This document shows, one piece after another, positions 11,879-25,493 of a stretch of 64,000 nucleotides of DNA (position 1 is its first letter; every line of letters begins with the position of its first letter). Below the pieces are notes generated by a model, which made no database searches, was not told the origin of the DNA, and saw only the letters and a list, made by a program, of their open reading frames with translations. The DNA lies in NCBI GenBank assembly GCA_964016885.1, contig OZ024745.1, forward strand, positions 116,126,001 to 116,190,000, given 5' to 3'. Origin of the DNA: Eledone cirrhosa. Taxonomy: Eukaryota. A program made the position numbers and the translations under genes.

Positions 11879-13909
11879 TTGAAAAAAAACACGGACGGCT
11901 TTCAGCCACACAAATCTGACAGCCTTCCTAACAGACTAAGATCTCCCACCACCTCCACCACCATTGTAAACATTACTACGATTGCCAATACTAAAAATAT
12001 AAGCAGTGGCAATAATTTAAATTTGTCACATGCAGACATTCATTTCCCGCCATTACCAATAACTGCAGGTGTTGAAGCCACCACCCCACCACCACAATGT
12101 CAAAAAGAAACACCAACACCACTGATACCAACACCACCACCACCACCTTCACCACCACCACAGCGACAAAAAAAATTATTATTTCGTGACATCGAAATGG
12201 ATTCACCGAGAATCGACTCTTCCACGCCGAACACCATTGACACCACCACCATCACCACCACAACTGAAACTAAAAATAATAATTAAAAAAAACAATAACA
12301 ACAACAGCAACACAGCAAGAATGAGAATAACAACAACAACATCAACACCAGCGCAAAATAAAATGTGTCGTTTGCCAAAGCAGCCATGAAAAGCGAAAAA
12401 AAAAAGAGTTAAGCCAGAATGAATTAAATGAAGCCAAGCGAATGGTAAAAAAAAGATGGGTACAGGTTCAGCCCCACCCCTCCCCCATCTAATAAAATGG
12501 AGCATCGGCGCATATGCACCGTGTCATATCGGACGATAAACACAAAATCACGCCGAGTGGAATGGACATCCGAGTTCCAAATACAAAAAGCTTTGGGACA
12601 TGTGTAGGCGAAAAAACCCCACATCAGACGTTGGCAGAAATATGGAACTGTGGTCGTGTTCTTTGGAACACAACAGGAAGCCAGAGAGCACTCCATTACC
12701 CCATTAAGAAGTGACGACTTCACACTTGTCCCAAGCTATTGTGGTCAGAGACTCGTGAAGATCAGGGTGACCCACGTTCCACCGGCCATCGAAATTCCCT
12801 GGCTAATCGCTGCCGTTCTCGCCAGCATCGAGACCAACACGAAAATAATCGAAGTAACAAAGGAAAAGCAGGAGAACTGGTCCGGATCTGGGAAGGAGCT
12901 CCTGATCCAAGCGGACCAAAAGAACATTGAGGAAATTCCAGAGGTGATAGACCTCACTGACGGCAGCCACCTCACCGTAATCGTTGAGGGTAGAAGGCCG
13001 AGGTGTGTCGTTTGTGGTGAAGGAACCCACATAAAGACTTTCTGCCCTGAGGCTAAAACGTTGAGGCCGCCTCTCTTACCCACACCAGTGACTCAACCAT
13101 CGACACCACCAGCAGCAGAAATGGCAGCAGCAACTGTAGCAGCAACAACAGAAGCAACTGTAGCAGCAACAGTAGCAAAACCAACACCCCCACCAACCAC
13201 CGCGCCAGAACAAGCACCAGCGCCTCCACATCCACCACGCCACAACCAAAACCAACGCCCGTAGAGGATTTTCTACACCCCGACCTATCGCAACTGGAGA
13301 CAGATTGTGACGACGAGGAGTGGGAAACTGTATCAGGAAAACAGTAAAAGAGAAAAAGAACCCCAAAAAGAAAAAAATCCTCTTCCTTCCCCCTCCAAAA
13401 ACAAAATACAGGGGGAAACAAATAAACTAACAAACAAAACAGTTAGGACAGCTATGCCACCATCGACATCAGCATTGCCAACCCCATCACCACAAACACC
13501 AACACCATCATTAACCCCAACACCATCATCACCAACACCACAAACGTCACCAAAAAGCAAAACAGAATCAAACCCAAAACAAACGCAAACAAAACAAAAC
13601 AACCAAAACGATACACACTACACAGCATTAAATTTGAACAACAACCAATTATTACACTACATCCAACACAACACCAGCATCACAGAAAAAGACTACACAA
13701 CACCCAAAAAATTCATACCAGCTCCACACATACAAATCACTCGCATCATACAGAAAACGTACACGACACTAACACAAAAATTCCCCAAAGACATCGGAGA
13801 CTTCCAACAAACACTCTCCAGGAAAATGTATAAGGACATCCTTCCGGAGGAGGCCACGAGCAGTGAGAAGGATGGAAAAACCATCCTACCCCTACGAAAA
13901 GTGAGGTAA
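11879..13909 (+). pseudogene. Tx1/L1 ORF1 (gag-like, RRM-like region plus CCHC zinc knuckle), frameshifted
   Basis: CVVCGEGTHIKTFC fits CX2CX4HX4C in ORF 12650-13264. Pro/Thr-rich linkers; the last frame ends TAA at 13907-13909. Confidence 0.8.
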
Positions 13910-13944
13910 GTGGTCTTTCCCATCTTTTTCCACTCCTTTTCAAC

Positions 13945-16900
13945 ATGACCTCAATCAGAATAGGCAGCATAAATGCGCTTGGATTTGGATCGTCATTGAA
14001 GTAGGGCCACCTTCTCAACGACCTCAGGTGACTAAACATAGATGTGGTGGCCATCAGCGAGACCGGATTCTCCGAAGCACGGGCCTTCGCACCTATCTTC
14101 GGCGGCTGCGATGTGTACGCATCTCCCAGCCATCCTGGATCGGGGGGAGGAGTAGCTGTGCTTTTTCGGAGAGGTTTGGATCTCGCCATACGGGCCATCT
14201 CCCTGGATCCAGAAGGTATTTTGGTGGTGCTGGACGTCACCAGCGGAGACGGGCAAGCTTTCAGGCTAGTGGCCGTCTAAGCACCGACAGGATCATTGCA
14301 GCCTGATTTCTTCCTGCGTCTGGAGACCTTTCTTGGAACGTCCCGCTCTTTAGGGTTAGTGGGCGACTGGAACGACATCCTAGATGCACGCTGGGAGTGT
14401 GTAGGATTAGCGGATAGGGGAGGAGGGTGCAAGAGCCTCACCAACCTGCTCAGGCGTTTTGACAGGTGCCGATTGGATTTCCCGAATGTGCCAATGTGGA
14501 CTTGGACAAACCGCATCGGGTTATCCAGATCATATCTAGATAGAGTATTTTGTAGGGAAATAGATACGTCTAGCATAGGCTGTCCACAATTCAAGATATT
14601 CAGCTACACGATCCACAAATTCGTGATCTGTGTGGTTGCTTAGATTGGCTTCATAGACAAGGACCCAGCTACTGGAAGCTAAACGCGTCATTAATAGCGC
14701 GCAAGGCCTACAGAGACCGGATTAGCGAACAAGTTAAGCGGGCCTTGACGGGGGTCATCGTCAACAACAAATGGTGCTTTGCTCTGAAAGAGCGATTAGA
14801 ATAGACTCCATTAAGTTTAGTAAGGCTTTAGCAATAGAGAAAAATAGAGTAGAGGGAGAACTAGTTAGAAAATTAGACGAGGTGCTTAGCAAAGGTATCG
14901 CGACCGACGTACTTGCGGCGAAATTGGCCCTTGACCAATTCTTCAATGCAAAGCACGAAGGCTGCGTTGTCAGAGCTATGGTGCGTGCTCTCAGACACAA
15001 GGGGACGAAAGCCGTTCAATGCGCCCGAGTGGCGGAGGCGCGTCGTGGCAACAAAGTCACGATCCGATCTTTGGTGGACCAGGACGGGCGCATGCTACTC
15101 GATCCCGGGCAAATGTGTGAAGCTTTACAGCGACACTTCGCTCAGCTGTTCGGGGGCAGCGGCGGGCCGGATCGAGAGATGGACTTTAGTGCCTACCTCG
15201 ACGGACTGCCGCGACTCTCGACCACTGAGGCGGAGTGTTGCGAAAAGTGTTGCGATAACAGCAGCTGAAATGCGGGAGGCAATGCCTGGCTGCACAATGG
15301 GTAAATCGCCTGATTTGGATGGTCTGAAATATGAACTTTACGTGCAGATGCCAGTTTTGTTCGGAGGCCTCTTGCCGGACGTCTACTGCAACTGGCAACA
15401 GAACGGGGGAATTCCCAGCTCTGTGAGCCGAGGAGCGGTGGCGCTCCTGAGAAAAGATCCGAACAAGGGGGATAACATAGATAATTTCAGGCCCATAACT
15501 CTGCTAAACACAGAGTTCAAGATTTTGGCCGAGGTTCTAGCAAAGAGGTTGGTGGTCTGGTGGGAAAGGTGCAGACATTCGCCATTCCAGACAGGTCCAT
15601 CTACGACAACCTCCACCTCTTGCGATACATCGTGGAGAGGGTAGCTAGGGAACTTGGCATGGGTGGTTCCTTCATCAATTTAGATCAGTCGAAAGCTTTC
15701 GATAGGGTCGACCAACGGTATCTGGCGGCAGTCCTGAGGGCGGCTGGCTTTGGACCCGTCTTCAGAGGCTGGATCGTTGCCATGCACAGCGACATCTGCT
15801 CTGTGGTGAAAGTGAACGATTACCTTTCCGAACCGTTCAACATCATGCGCTCGGTCCGCCAAGGATGTCCCCTCTCGTCCCTCTTGAACGTATTGATTCT
15901 CGAGCCATTACTGCACAAACTGGAGACGTTGAGGGGGATCCGTGTCAGCATATTCGGACGATGTCACCGTAGTGGCGTCGAACGCCAAACACATCCAGGC
16001 GATCGGCACTACACTAAGATAATACGAAGCGGTGACAGGAGCAATGAACATCCAGGAAAAGTCGGTGGGCCTGCAGCTCGGCACCTGGAGAGGCAGGTCC
16101 ATGCCGTCCAACAGCGTCGTCGGGCGCTGGAGGGACGGACCGGTTAAATTGCTAGGGGTCTGGTTCGGTCCAGACCTCCAGACGGACAAACACTGGGACT
16201 AGATGACGAGCAGGGTGGTTTCTCTCACCCAGAAATGGGCGGAGAGGAAGCTATCCTTGAAAGGACGAGGTGGCTAACGCGTACATCGCGTCCGTCATCT
16301 ACTACCGCCTGACTGTCGTGCCTTGTCCTAAGCCTCGCCTCACTGCGCTGAAGCGTTTGCTCTGTAGCTTATTGTGGAGGCGACGCGCTCCGATGGTCAG
16401 GCGGTCCATCTGCTGTCAACACCCGCTACGTGGAGGGCTGGGCGTGCCGTGGCTGATGATGCGCAGACACGCGCTCAGGCTACGACATCACCTCTTCCTC
16501 GACGGTGATCAGGTGTGGTCGCCGTTTGCTAGACGCGTCTTTCCCCAGCTCGTCTCCTTGACGGAGCTGCAGTCCTGGATCAAGCGAAGACCGAGAGGGA
16601 TCGCTTGGAGACTGGAATGTCTTCAGGCGCTCACAGCGCTCGACCAATTGGGTAATATGATCGGTGGAAACTCCACCTTGGCGTTCTATAGAGGATTAGT
16701 GGAGGGGAAGAGCGACGACGTACTTGGCGAAACTCTAGGCGTCGACGAAAATCAACTAGCCAATCTCTTCGGAATAACTTTCGGGCCTGGGCCTATGGAC
16801 AACTTCCCTGGCCTGGCAGTGCTTCCGAGGAGCTTTGCCAGTTCGGGATAAACTCTACAGGCATGGAGGTGCCGTTAGCCAGGCATGTCCGAGATGCGCG

Positions 16901-17230
16901 AAGGGCGACGAAACCGTCCTGCACGCACTCGTCCAGTGTCCGAGCATTGCTGACTTGTGGGTTTATGTCGAACACCTACTATCGCGTATAGGACGGATCC
17001 AGGTATCAGCTGAGTCCATCGTGATGAGTGCCCCGCCCGCTTCCTTTAGCCGGGAAGGGCAGGCAATTTTTATCTGTCTGGTTGCCATGGCGAAAGAGAC
17101 AGTGTGCTGGACTGGTTTGAAAAAGCTGCAGACGAGCACTTACCTCTTCGGTGATGCCCTGATTAACTTTTTCAAATTTCAAGGTAGGGAGGTAACTGCT
17201 CTCTTCCCAGCATTTTGTTGAAAGATGGGT
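13945..17230 (+). pseudogene. Tx1/L1 ORF2 (APE endonuclease, RT, C-terminal zinc finger) with multiple stops and frameshifts
   Basis: MTSIRIGSINA, AISET, GDWN, YLDRVF, YWKLN, KSPDLDGL, FRPITLLN, LDQSKAFDRV, SVRQGCPLS, SAYSDDVT, GGLGVP, CPRCAKGDETVLHALVQC. Confidence 0.92.
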
Positions 17231-17582
17231 GAGAGAGGCAAAAATGGCCTCTGAGTATGTGCCTGTAAATTGGAGGTGGAAAACTGGGAGAGGGCACTTG
17301 TCCTAGTGGTCAGGGTCACCGTGGCTTTTTTTAATAGGCTTTCTCCACGAATGTCCCTCGGAAGTCTCCACCCTATTGGGGAATTTTTCAATGTTTCTTT
17401 TTTTGTTACATCCTCTGTTTCTAGTTTTTTTTACACGCAGAAATGCCCATTTTGTACCGTCCTGTATTGTCCTGTACTGTCCTTAATGTCTACTTTGTGT
17501 AAACCCTTGTGGTTAATAAAGAAATCATTATTATTATTATTATTATTATTATTAATAATAATATTGTTATTATTATTATTCG

Positions 17583-17752
17583 ATCGGTAGAGGGTCGGAT
17601 GCCATGCTTTGACGCATTGAGTTTACGGCCCTTGCCATTCTGAGTTCAAATCCCGCCGAGGTTAACTTTGCCTTTCATCCTTACGGGGTCGATAAAATAA
17701 AGTACCAGTAATACACTGGGTAATTGCTGGCCTTGAGCCAAAAGTAGAAACA
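17583..17752 (+). mobile_element. SINE family A inserted in the (ATT)n tail of the Tx1 LINE, 11-bp TSD
   Basis: TSD ATTATTATTCG at 17572-17582 and 17753-17763. Confidence 0.9.
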
Positions 17753-17764
17753 ATTATTATTCGC

Positions 17765-18800
17765 TTACTTATTCCTGAGAGGCTCACGGGGGCAGAGTCC
17801 TCAAACACTTCATCGCGCTGCTCCTGTCAGAAGCAACTCTTTCCATCTGATTAAGGAGTTATGAGATATTTATCCTTAAATATTAGTTGAAGCGGCGCTA
17901 TTAATATCATTATTCAAAGAACTGATACTTAGTCCTTCTTGAACAGCAACGGACACCCTTACCATTTCTCTCATTAAATGTCCACTTCAATGCCATTCAC
18001 TTAATGGTTCATTACTTTTCAGATTCTCTTTACACCTGTTACTTCACAAGTTATTCAACTCTCTTATACAATCTTCTCTTCAAGTTCAACGTCAACATAT
18101 GTTTTAGTTGTTCTTCATCTATTAACAGGTAATGATATACTCACCTTTGCTATCCACAGTCAGAGATACTAATAAGTCGTCCTCCTCTAGTTTTACTTTA
18201 TATAAGACAGGTGAATGACTCCATGGTTAGTTAGAGATTACTCTATTTTCAATTTAATGCACCTATTTTGTCTTTCATATAATGTTATATATAATGTTTC
18301 ATATAATGTTATATATAATATAATCTTATGATGTTATAATTTTTGCGTTATGACTGATGACACCAACCCCTATGTGCTGATGGCTTTTATCACATCCTTT
18401 AAATCTTCAATACAATACTTCATCTTATCAAACATGTTGTTTTCATACTTTCTTTCTTTTCGTAATATATGATGTTATCATCTTTCTACTTGTCTAAGCA
18501 CTTGCGTCAATTGTCATCAAATTATAAAAGTCGTTCTTCTAATAAAACTTTTCTATTAAAATGGATTCTGTTCCACCTCTTCATAACAGAAATTCCATAA
18601 ATGTATTCACTTCCAACACTTCATACATCAAATTCCCTTTGAATATCACTGCAATATAACATTACAGTTTTAAAAAGTGAACCGATCTCTTTCTCTGACA
18701 TTTCCACTATTATTATACCATCAACAAAGAATAGATGATTTTGTTAAGATGCATTTTTCCTCAGTATATAGCCAAAAGCTGAATTTTTCTAACTGTCACT
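17765..18800 (-). mobile_element. Highly decayed LINE relic, probably RTE clade (RT and 3' end)
   Basis: Fragmentary minus-strand words DGIIIVEM, FDKM, RESEK and ERVASDRS appear in RTE ORF order, with no intact frame. Confidence 0.4.
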
Positions 18801-20044
18801 GAAAAAGTATTAGCACGATATCAGTATTGATTAACAGGCTCGTATTTCAGTCTGTTAGACGGAAACTGGTGTGGTTTTATGTGAAAGTTGCTGAGAGAGC
18901 TAACAATTCCAAAATAGGACACCATGTTGCAGGTGTTTTGAAGTCGACACACACCATGTACAGATTAATCTGTTGCTGCTTGCATTTCCCCATTATAAAT
19001 TTGTGAGTGATTGGGTGGAATTTGGCACCTTCGGGTATATTCGGCGCATATTTTGTTCAAGAAGTTGCCTTTCTTAACGCGTGAGAAATTTGTTTTCTCA
19101 ACAAAAATATATATTAGTAACCTCCATGAAGGGATACGGAAGTTAGTCAAGCGTGGAATTTTACCATATTTCACTTTACTAGGGATAAAAAAGTTGATGT
19201 TGATAGTTGATAGTTATAATAATTCTTTCTGATGTTGACACAAGGTCAGCAATTTGAGGGAGGGTTAAGTCGATTATACTTGTATCGACCCCGGAACGAT
19301 GAAAGCCATAATTGCTCTAGAATCATTGTCACTGTGTTTGGTGTGGCATCAAACGTGAAATGTGAAAAGGAGAAGCCATGATAACATAAACCGATGGAGT
19401 CACCATTATCTCAGACACATCAGTATTATAGGTACCACGCTGAGAAGTACACTAGATTATTGAAGCATTAATTAATAGAGTTTGAATCTGTTGTCTTGCA
19501 ACGTATCCTCTGGCACGTCAAATCCATGTTGGTTACAGGTGGTTTCTATCGCTTAAATAAGACGATAGATTGGTTAATTTGTGCATGCTATGGTTCCGAC
19601 TGGACATCCAAATGGAGAAAAACGTGGAAAACTTTGCAATCACACTCTCTAGTTTCACTCCAAAATGCCCAGAAATGACGCTGAGTAAATATGGACTCCG
19701 TGAATTAATATCACATTACCGTCGTAAATTGTCTCCAGAAATATCCCCAAGTGACTGAAATACATGGTCGTTTACTTCTAGCAAACAATAGTAGGCAAAT
19801 TCCATATCAGGTTGATTTGGCTATCAGCCATGTCGATTTAGAAATGTTTCGTAGTGTCCAGCAACCATCGTTGCTGTACTAGTTTCAAGCCGTACTAAGA
19901 GTGGGAAATGAAATTTCGTTTCATTTTTTCCGTTATATATATAAATATATAAATTTATATATAAATATATATAAATTTATATATAAATACAAGATGGCGT
20001 AGGACAGAACAAAGGAGTGGCTCAAAAACAGAGAAAAGAATCCC

Positions 20045-20088
20045 AGTCTCTGAAGAGGTCACAGAATGTGTGACGAAAGAACTTTGAC
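20045..20088 (+). ncRNA. Minimal type I hammerhead motif (H1, stem I closing mismatch); mirror copy at 20844-20887 (-)
   Basis: GTCT-CTGAAGA-G-GTCACA(gaatg)TGTGAC-GAAA-GAAC-TT-TGAC. Confidence 0.6.
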
Positions 20089-20104
20089 AATATATAAACA
20101 ACCA

Positions 20105-20827
<723 letters not shown>

Positions 20828-21039
20828 TGGTTGTTTATATATTGTCAAAGTTCTTTCGTCACACATTCTGTGACCTCTTCAGAGACTGGGATTCTTTTCT
20901 TTGTTTTTGAGCCACTCCTTTGTTCTGTCCTACGCCATCTTGTTTCTGTGTGTGTGTTGTGTGCTCAGGCGTAGGACAGAACAAAGGAGAGGCACAAAAA
21001 CAAAGAAAAGAATCCCCAGTCACTGAAGAGGTCACAGAA

Positions 21040-21124
<85 letters not shown>

Positions 21125-21125
<1 letters not shown>

Positions 21126-21892
21126 ACGGGATGTTTCTCTACACCTTCTTCGGAAGATGTATCTACTCCATTCCAGACACTAATTAGTTGGAAGTGATAT
21201 TTTAGTAAGTAAGTTAATTTTATAATTTTCTTATCTTACGTCTCTTATATTATTGTTCTGCAACCCCATGCATTGAACCACAATGTTATTAAGACAAAAC
21301 CTATATATTTGCTAGCATCGATATGCATTTGTATGTATATATATGTTACTAGATATAAATTCTTTATTATTATCTCCAAAATATTTGTCGAGCAATACTG
21401 GCCATGACTGCTGCTACGGTAGTAGGATGGCCGCTGTCTTATTAACAACCCACTTTCCACCGATTGACCTCGACGTCACGTGTTCGATTCTTTTTGAATT
21501 TGCCACAGACACAGAGGCAGTGATTTTCCCAATGGCTAGGAAGTAAGTCCACGCTTTGCTATTTCCTATTCACTGATTTATTTTTTAATAAGCTTCCAGT
21601 GTCCTCGCTTTGCCTGGAAACTTATATGAGAATTGACTTTCCTGATGACGGGATGTTTCTCTACACCTTCTTCGGAAGATGTATCTACTCCATTCCAGAA
21701 ACTAATTAGTTGGAAGTGATATTTTAGTAAGTAAGTTAATTTTATAATTTTCTTATCTTACGTCTATTATATTATTGTTCTGCAACCCCATGCATTGAAC
21801 CACAATGTTATTAAGACAAAACCTATATATTTACTAGCATCGATATGCATTTGTATGTATATATATGTTACTAGATATAAATTCTTTATTAT
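21125..21892. repeat. ~246-bp direct repeat pair (21125-21370, 21647-21892) with a ~276-bp spacer, flanked by (TA)n
   Basis: Offset 522 bp, about 3 substitutions by eye. Confidence 0.9.
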
Positions 21893-21978
21893 ATATATAT
21901 ATATATATATATGTCCCAAGGCGGCCCTGATACCATCAACACTATAAACACAGACCTGGCATATCTAAGAACTGACTA

Positions 21979-22034
21979 ACTGCCTGATGAGGTCATAGCC
22001 ATTCAATGTCTATCATCGAAATATATATACCGGT
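21979..22034 (+). ncRNA. Minimal type I hammerhead motif (H3), slightly decayed
   Basis: ACTGC-CTGATGA-GGTCATAGCCATTCAATGTCTATCATC-GAAA-TATATA-TA-CCGGT, followed by AATAAA. Confidence 0.65.
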
Positions 22035-22134
22035 AAATAAAGGATTATGAGTTCATGCAATTGACTTATGTGTCGTCAATATATATATATATATATATTA
22101 TATATAATACCATATATATGTATATATATGTGTC

Positions 22135-22222
<88 letters not shown>

Positions 22223-23262
22223 GAGAATATATATATTTATATATATAGAGAGAGATAGATAGCTAGATAGATATATGAGAAATTTGGAAATTATTTAATT
22301 ACATTTCGGTAAACACCAATTTAATCTGTTTGTCAAAAGAAAAAACAAACTGCTTACATCATGTAATTTTTCTCTTCGTCTGAAGATCAATTATGATCAA
22401 TCTGATTACTTTCTAGACGTTCTAAGCTTTCAGTGGGGAATTATAAAACAATCTACAGTTTACGTTGAGATTAGTAATTCTCATACATCATGAAGTATAG
22501 AAATTCGATCACAGCTCAACTGATCCGTCTAGTTCATATACAAATTCATCCGCGGACAATGTTGTTAATTAATTAATAAGGAGATACTGTGCGAGCGTTG
22601 GTCAATTTTGATTCTAATGAAGGATAAATGTTTTTGAAAATTATAAAGTCTTATCTATTCTTTGAAAAATAATACATCGGTTTCAACATAAGAATATAGC
22701 TCTATAGTAAGAAAGAATGGATCGATCTGAATAAAATCTACCCATATATACATATCTAGCGATGCCTACACAGACATACACACACTCATACACACATATA
22801 AATAGAAACATATAATCGGAAGAAGCCAGAAAATTATTCATATATACCTAGTACCAGTTTTTAACCTCTCCTTAATAATCAAATAAAGTAGGCTCACATA
22901 GACTTATAAAAATGTGTGGCTTCGTTCTATCTTGAAACACGGAAGTAGTACTATTTTTTTCTTTCCACCATTACTTTTTTCATGTTGTCTATTTGGTCTT
23001 TGGCTCGAGGCGAAACACTCGGTGATATATCCCAGCACGTCATCCCCAAACAATTATTTTCTCTAGTCAGAACAATCCTAACCACACTTCCGTGCTAAAT
23101 GAAAACACAACCACCCAAATCATGAACACGATAAGATAAGTATGATATGAGAATATATATATGTGTGTGTGTATATGTATATGCGTGTATATGTGTATGA
23201 GTGTTTATGTGTGTGGGTACATGTATGTGTGTGTACATATATATATGTGTGTATAGGTGTGA

Positions 23263-23308
<46 letters not shown>

Positions 23309-24296
23309 GATTGTGGGCACATATGTAGATGTATGTATATGTTTACATCTATTTATGCGTATGTAAGTTTTTAATTGAGTATCAATATAACAATACCTCT
23401 ATCTATAATTGGGTATATGCACTTCATGATCTATGAAATTAATGCGTTTTGACTATATGTCAACATGCATTTATCTGAGTTTGATTATTTATACATGGAC
23501 ATACTTGAAAGTATTTTAAGACGTATCATACGCTGTATTATACTATGTACAATGTACGACAACGTACTATATTATGTTACATTATATTATATTATTGTAT
23601 TACTATATTTCATTATCTTATTATAATTTTCATCTTTTAATATACTATCTTTCCTGGTCATGACCTTAATTTATATTCACCTAAAAACTCCATACAACAC
23701 AACTCAACATTTAATTTTTACATTCTTTTTAAACTTCACTATACCATATACATTCAACTATCAATATGACAATCCCCTTTTTCCTAATAGATACTTTATA
23801 GCAATTCTATTGTTAACACCATTCAACCATTCCTTTCAGAGGGCATTGACCTCAACTAAAGTGAGTTATTTTTCATCTTAACTTCATATGGGGAAAAAAC
23901 AATCTAATTTGTTTATTCTTCAGCTACCTCCAAATAAGGTCATAGAACTCAATTTACTACTAATTTTGAATAAAATTATCATTGCTTTTGACAACAGCTA
24001 GTGGTATACATGTAACTAAATATTTTCCTTATCTGATATTTTGGAACTAACCTTACATAGATCGATAACGAAGTATGGTTACGATGTATTATCTAGAAAC
24101 GATCGTAAAGCAGTGAAGTATATTTCTAATGACTTGAATTTTTATTTCATTGTTTTAACTTATATCATGACTCTGTTTTCCTTTTAATGTTTCATTGTTT
24201 TCATGGATTTATTTTAACGTACAACATTTTCAACATATGGATTACATTGAGTTCTTCATGCAGACTAGACCCCACAACTTACCGTGGGGTATAGTC

Positions 24297-24360
<64 letters not shown>

Positions 24361-24419
24361 GGGATTTAACGTCCAGTTACTAGGTAGTTGTTCTTATTAC
24401 TGTTGCAACAATAAAAGCA

Positions 24420-24513
<94 letters not shown>
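24420..24513. repeat. (CTA)n microsatellite
   Basis: About 31 perfect units. Confidence 0.97.
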
Positions 24514-25196
24514 TAGCTGCTGTTGCTGCTGCATGTTTATTTATATCAGGTTATCTATTCGGACTTTATACAGTATTAGTTGCTTTCAGACTAACTCTAT
24601 AGTGTGTTTTATTTTATTTTGCGAAATAGTAATAACAAAGAAAGCACAAATAGCTGCTGTATTTTATCTGAAAGAGAAATTTTGATGAAGCCAAATATAT
24701 ACACATGATGGCAATACTTCCTTGCAAAAAGCTTATTGTACAGCCCACATGGAATTATAATGTTTTCTTCGAAAGTAAGTGTTATATATAAACAGCGGTA
24801 AAAACCGATGTATGTATGTATGTATGTATGTATGTATGTATGTATGTATGTATGTATGTATTTATGAATGTATGTATTTATGCATGTGTGTATGTAGGTA
24901 GGTTTGTATGCATTTTTTCTTTTTATCACAATAATAATAATAATAATATATATATATATATACAAATATAAATTAGCGAGAATCGTATTTCGACTTAGGA
25001 ATTAACGAAAAACAACTTCCGAGATGTGTGGCAAGCGCTCAATGATTCAGATGAACCAGAGCTACAACATACGTTAAAGGCCAAACACATTGAGACGATG
25101 GTTAAACAATCATCCGCTCAGCCACAAAAACGACCAAGTAATTCGGGTCAAACAAATAAAAATATATGTGATTGAAAATTCATGTGATTGAAAATT

Positions 25197-25228
<32 letters not shown>

Positions 25229-25493
25229 TATACATGTATATATATATATGTATGTTTGTGAGTGTGTGTTTATGCGTGCGCGTGTGTTTGTGTATGAGCG
25301 CTTTTACCATTCTACTGGTTTCGTACCTAGATAAGCAAGGTTTCACCATATACAACATTTTGTAGAGAACATAGTACATTTCTTAACCACATCTCTTGTT
25401 GAAGACTAAGTAACGCATAATTTCTGCGTCCCACTGTTAAAATAAATTGTTTACACTATATATATATATATATATATAAAGAGAGAGAGAAAC

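Larger units (their letters stand above)
11827..17526 (+). mobile_element. Near full-length, inactivated Tx1/L1-clade LINE (ORF1, ORF2, 3' UTR with AATAAA, (ATT)n tail)
   Basis: ORF1 and ORF2 motifs are given in the next two entries. The 3' end is AATAAAGAAATC then (ATT)n from 17527. The 5' boundary is tentative (possible TSD TAATAATATTG at 11816-11826 and 17556-17566). Confidence 0.9.
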
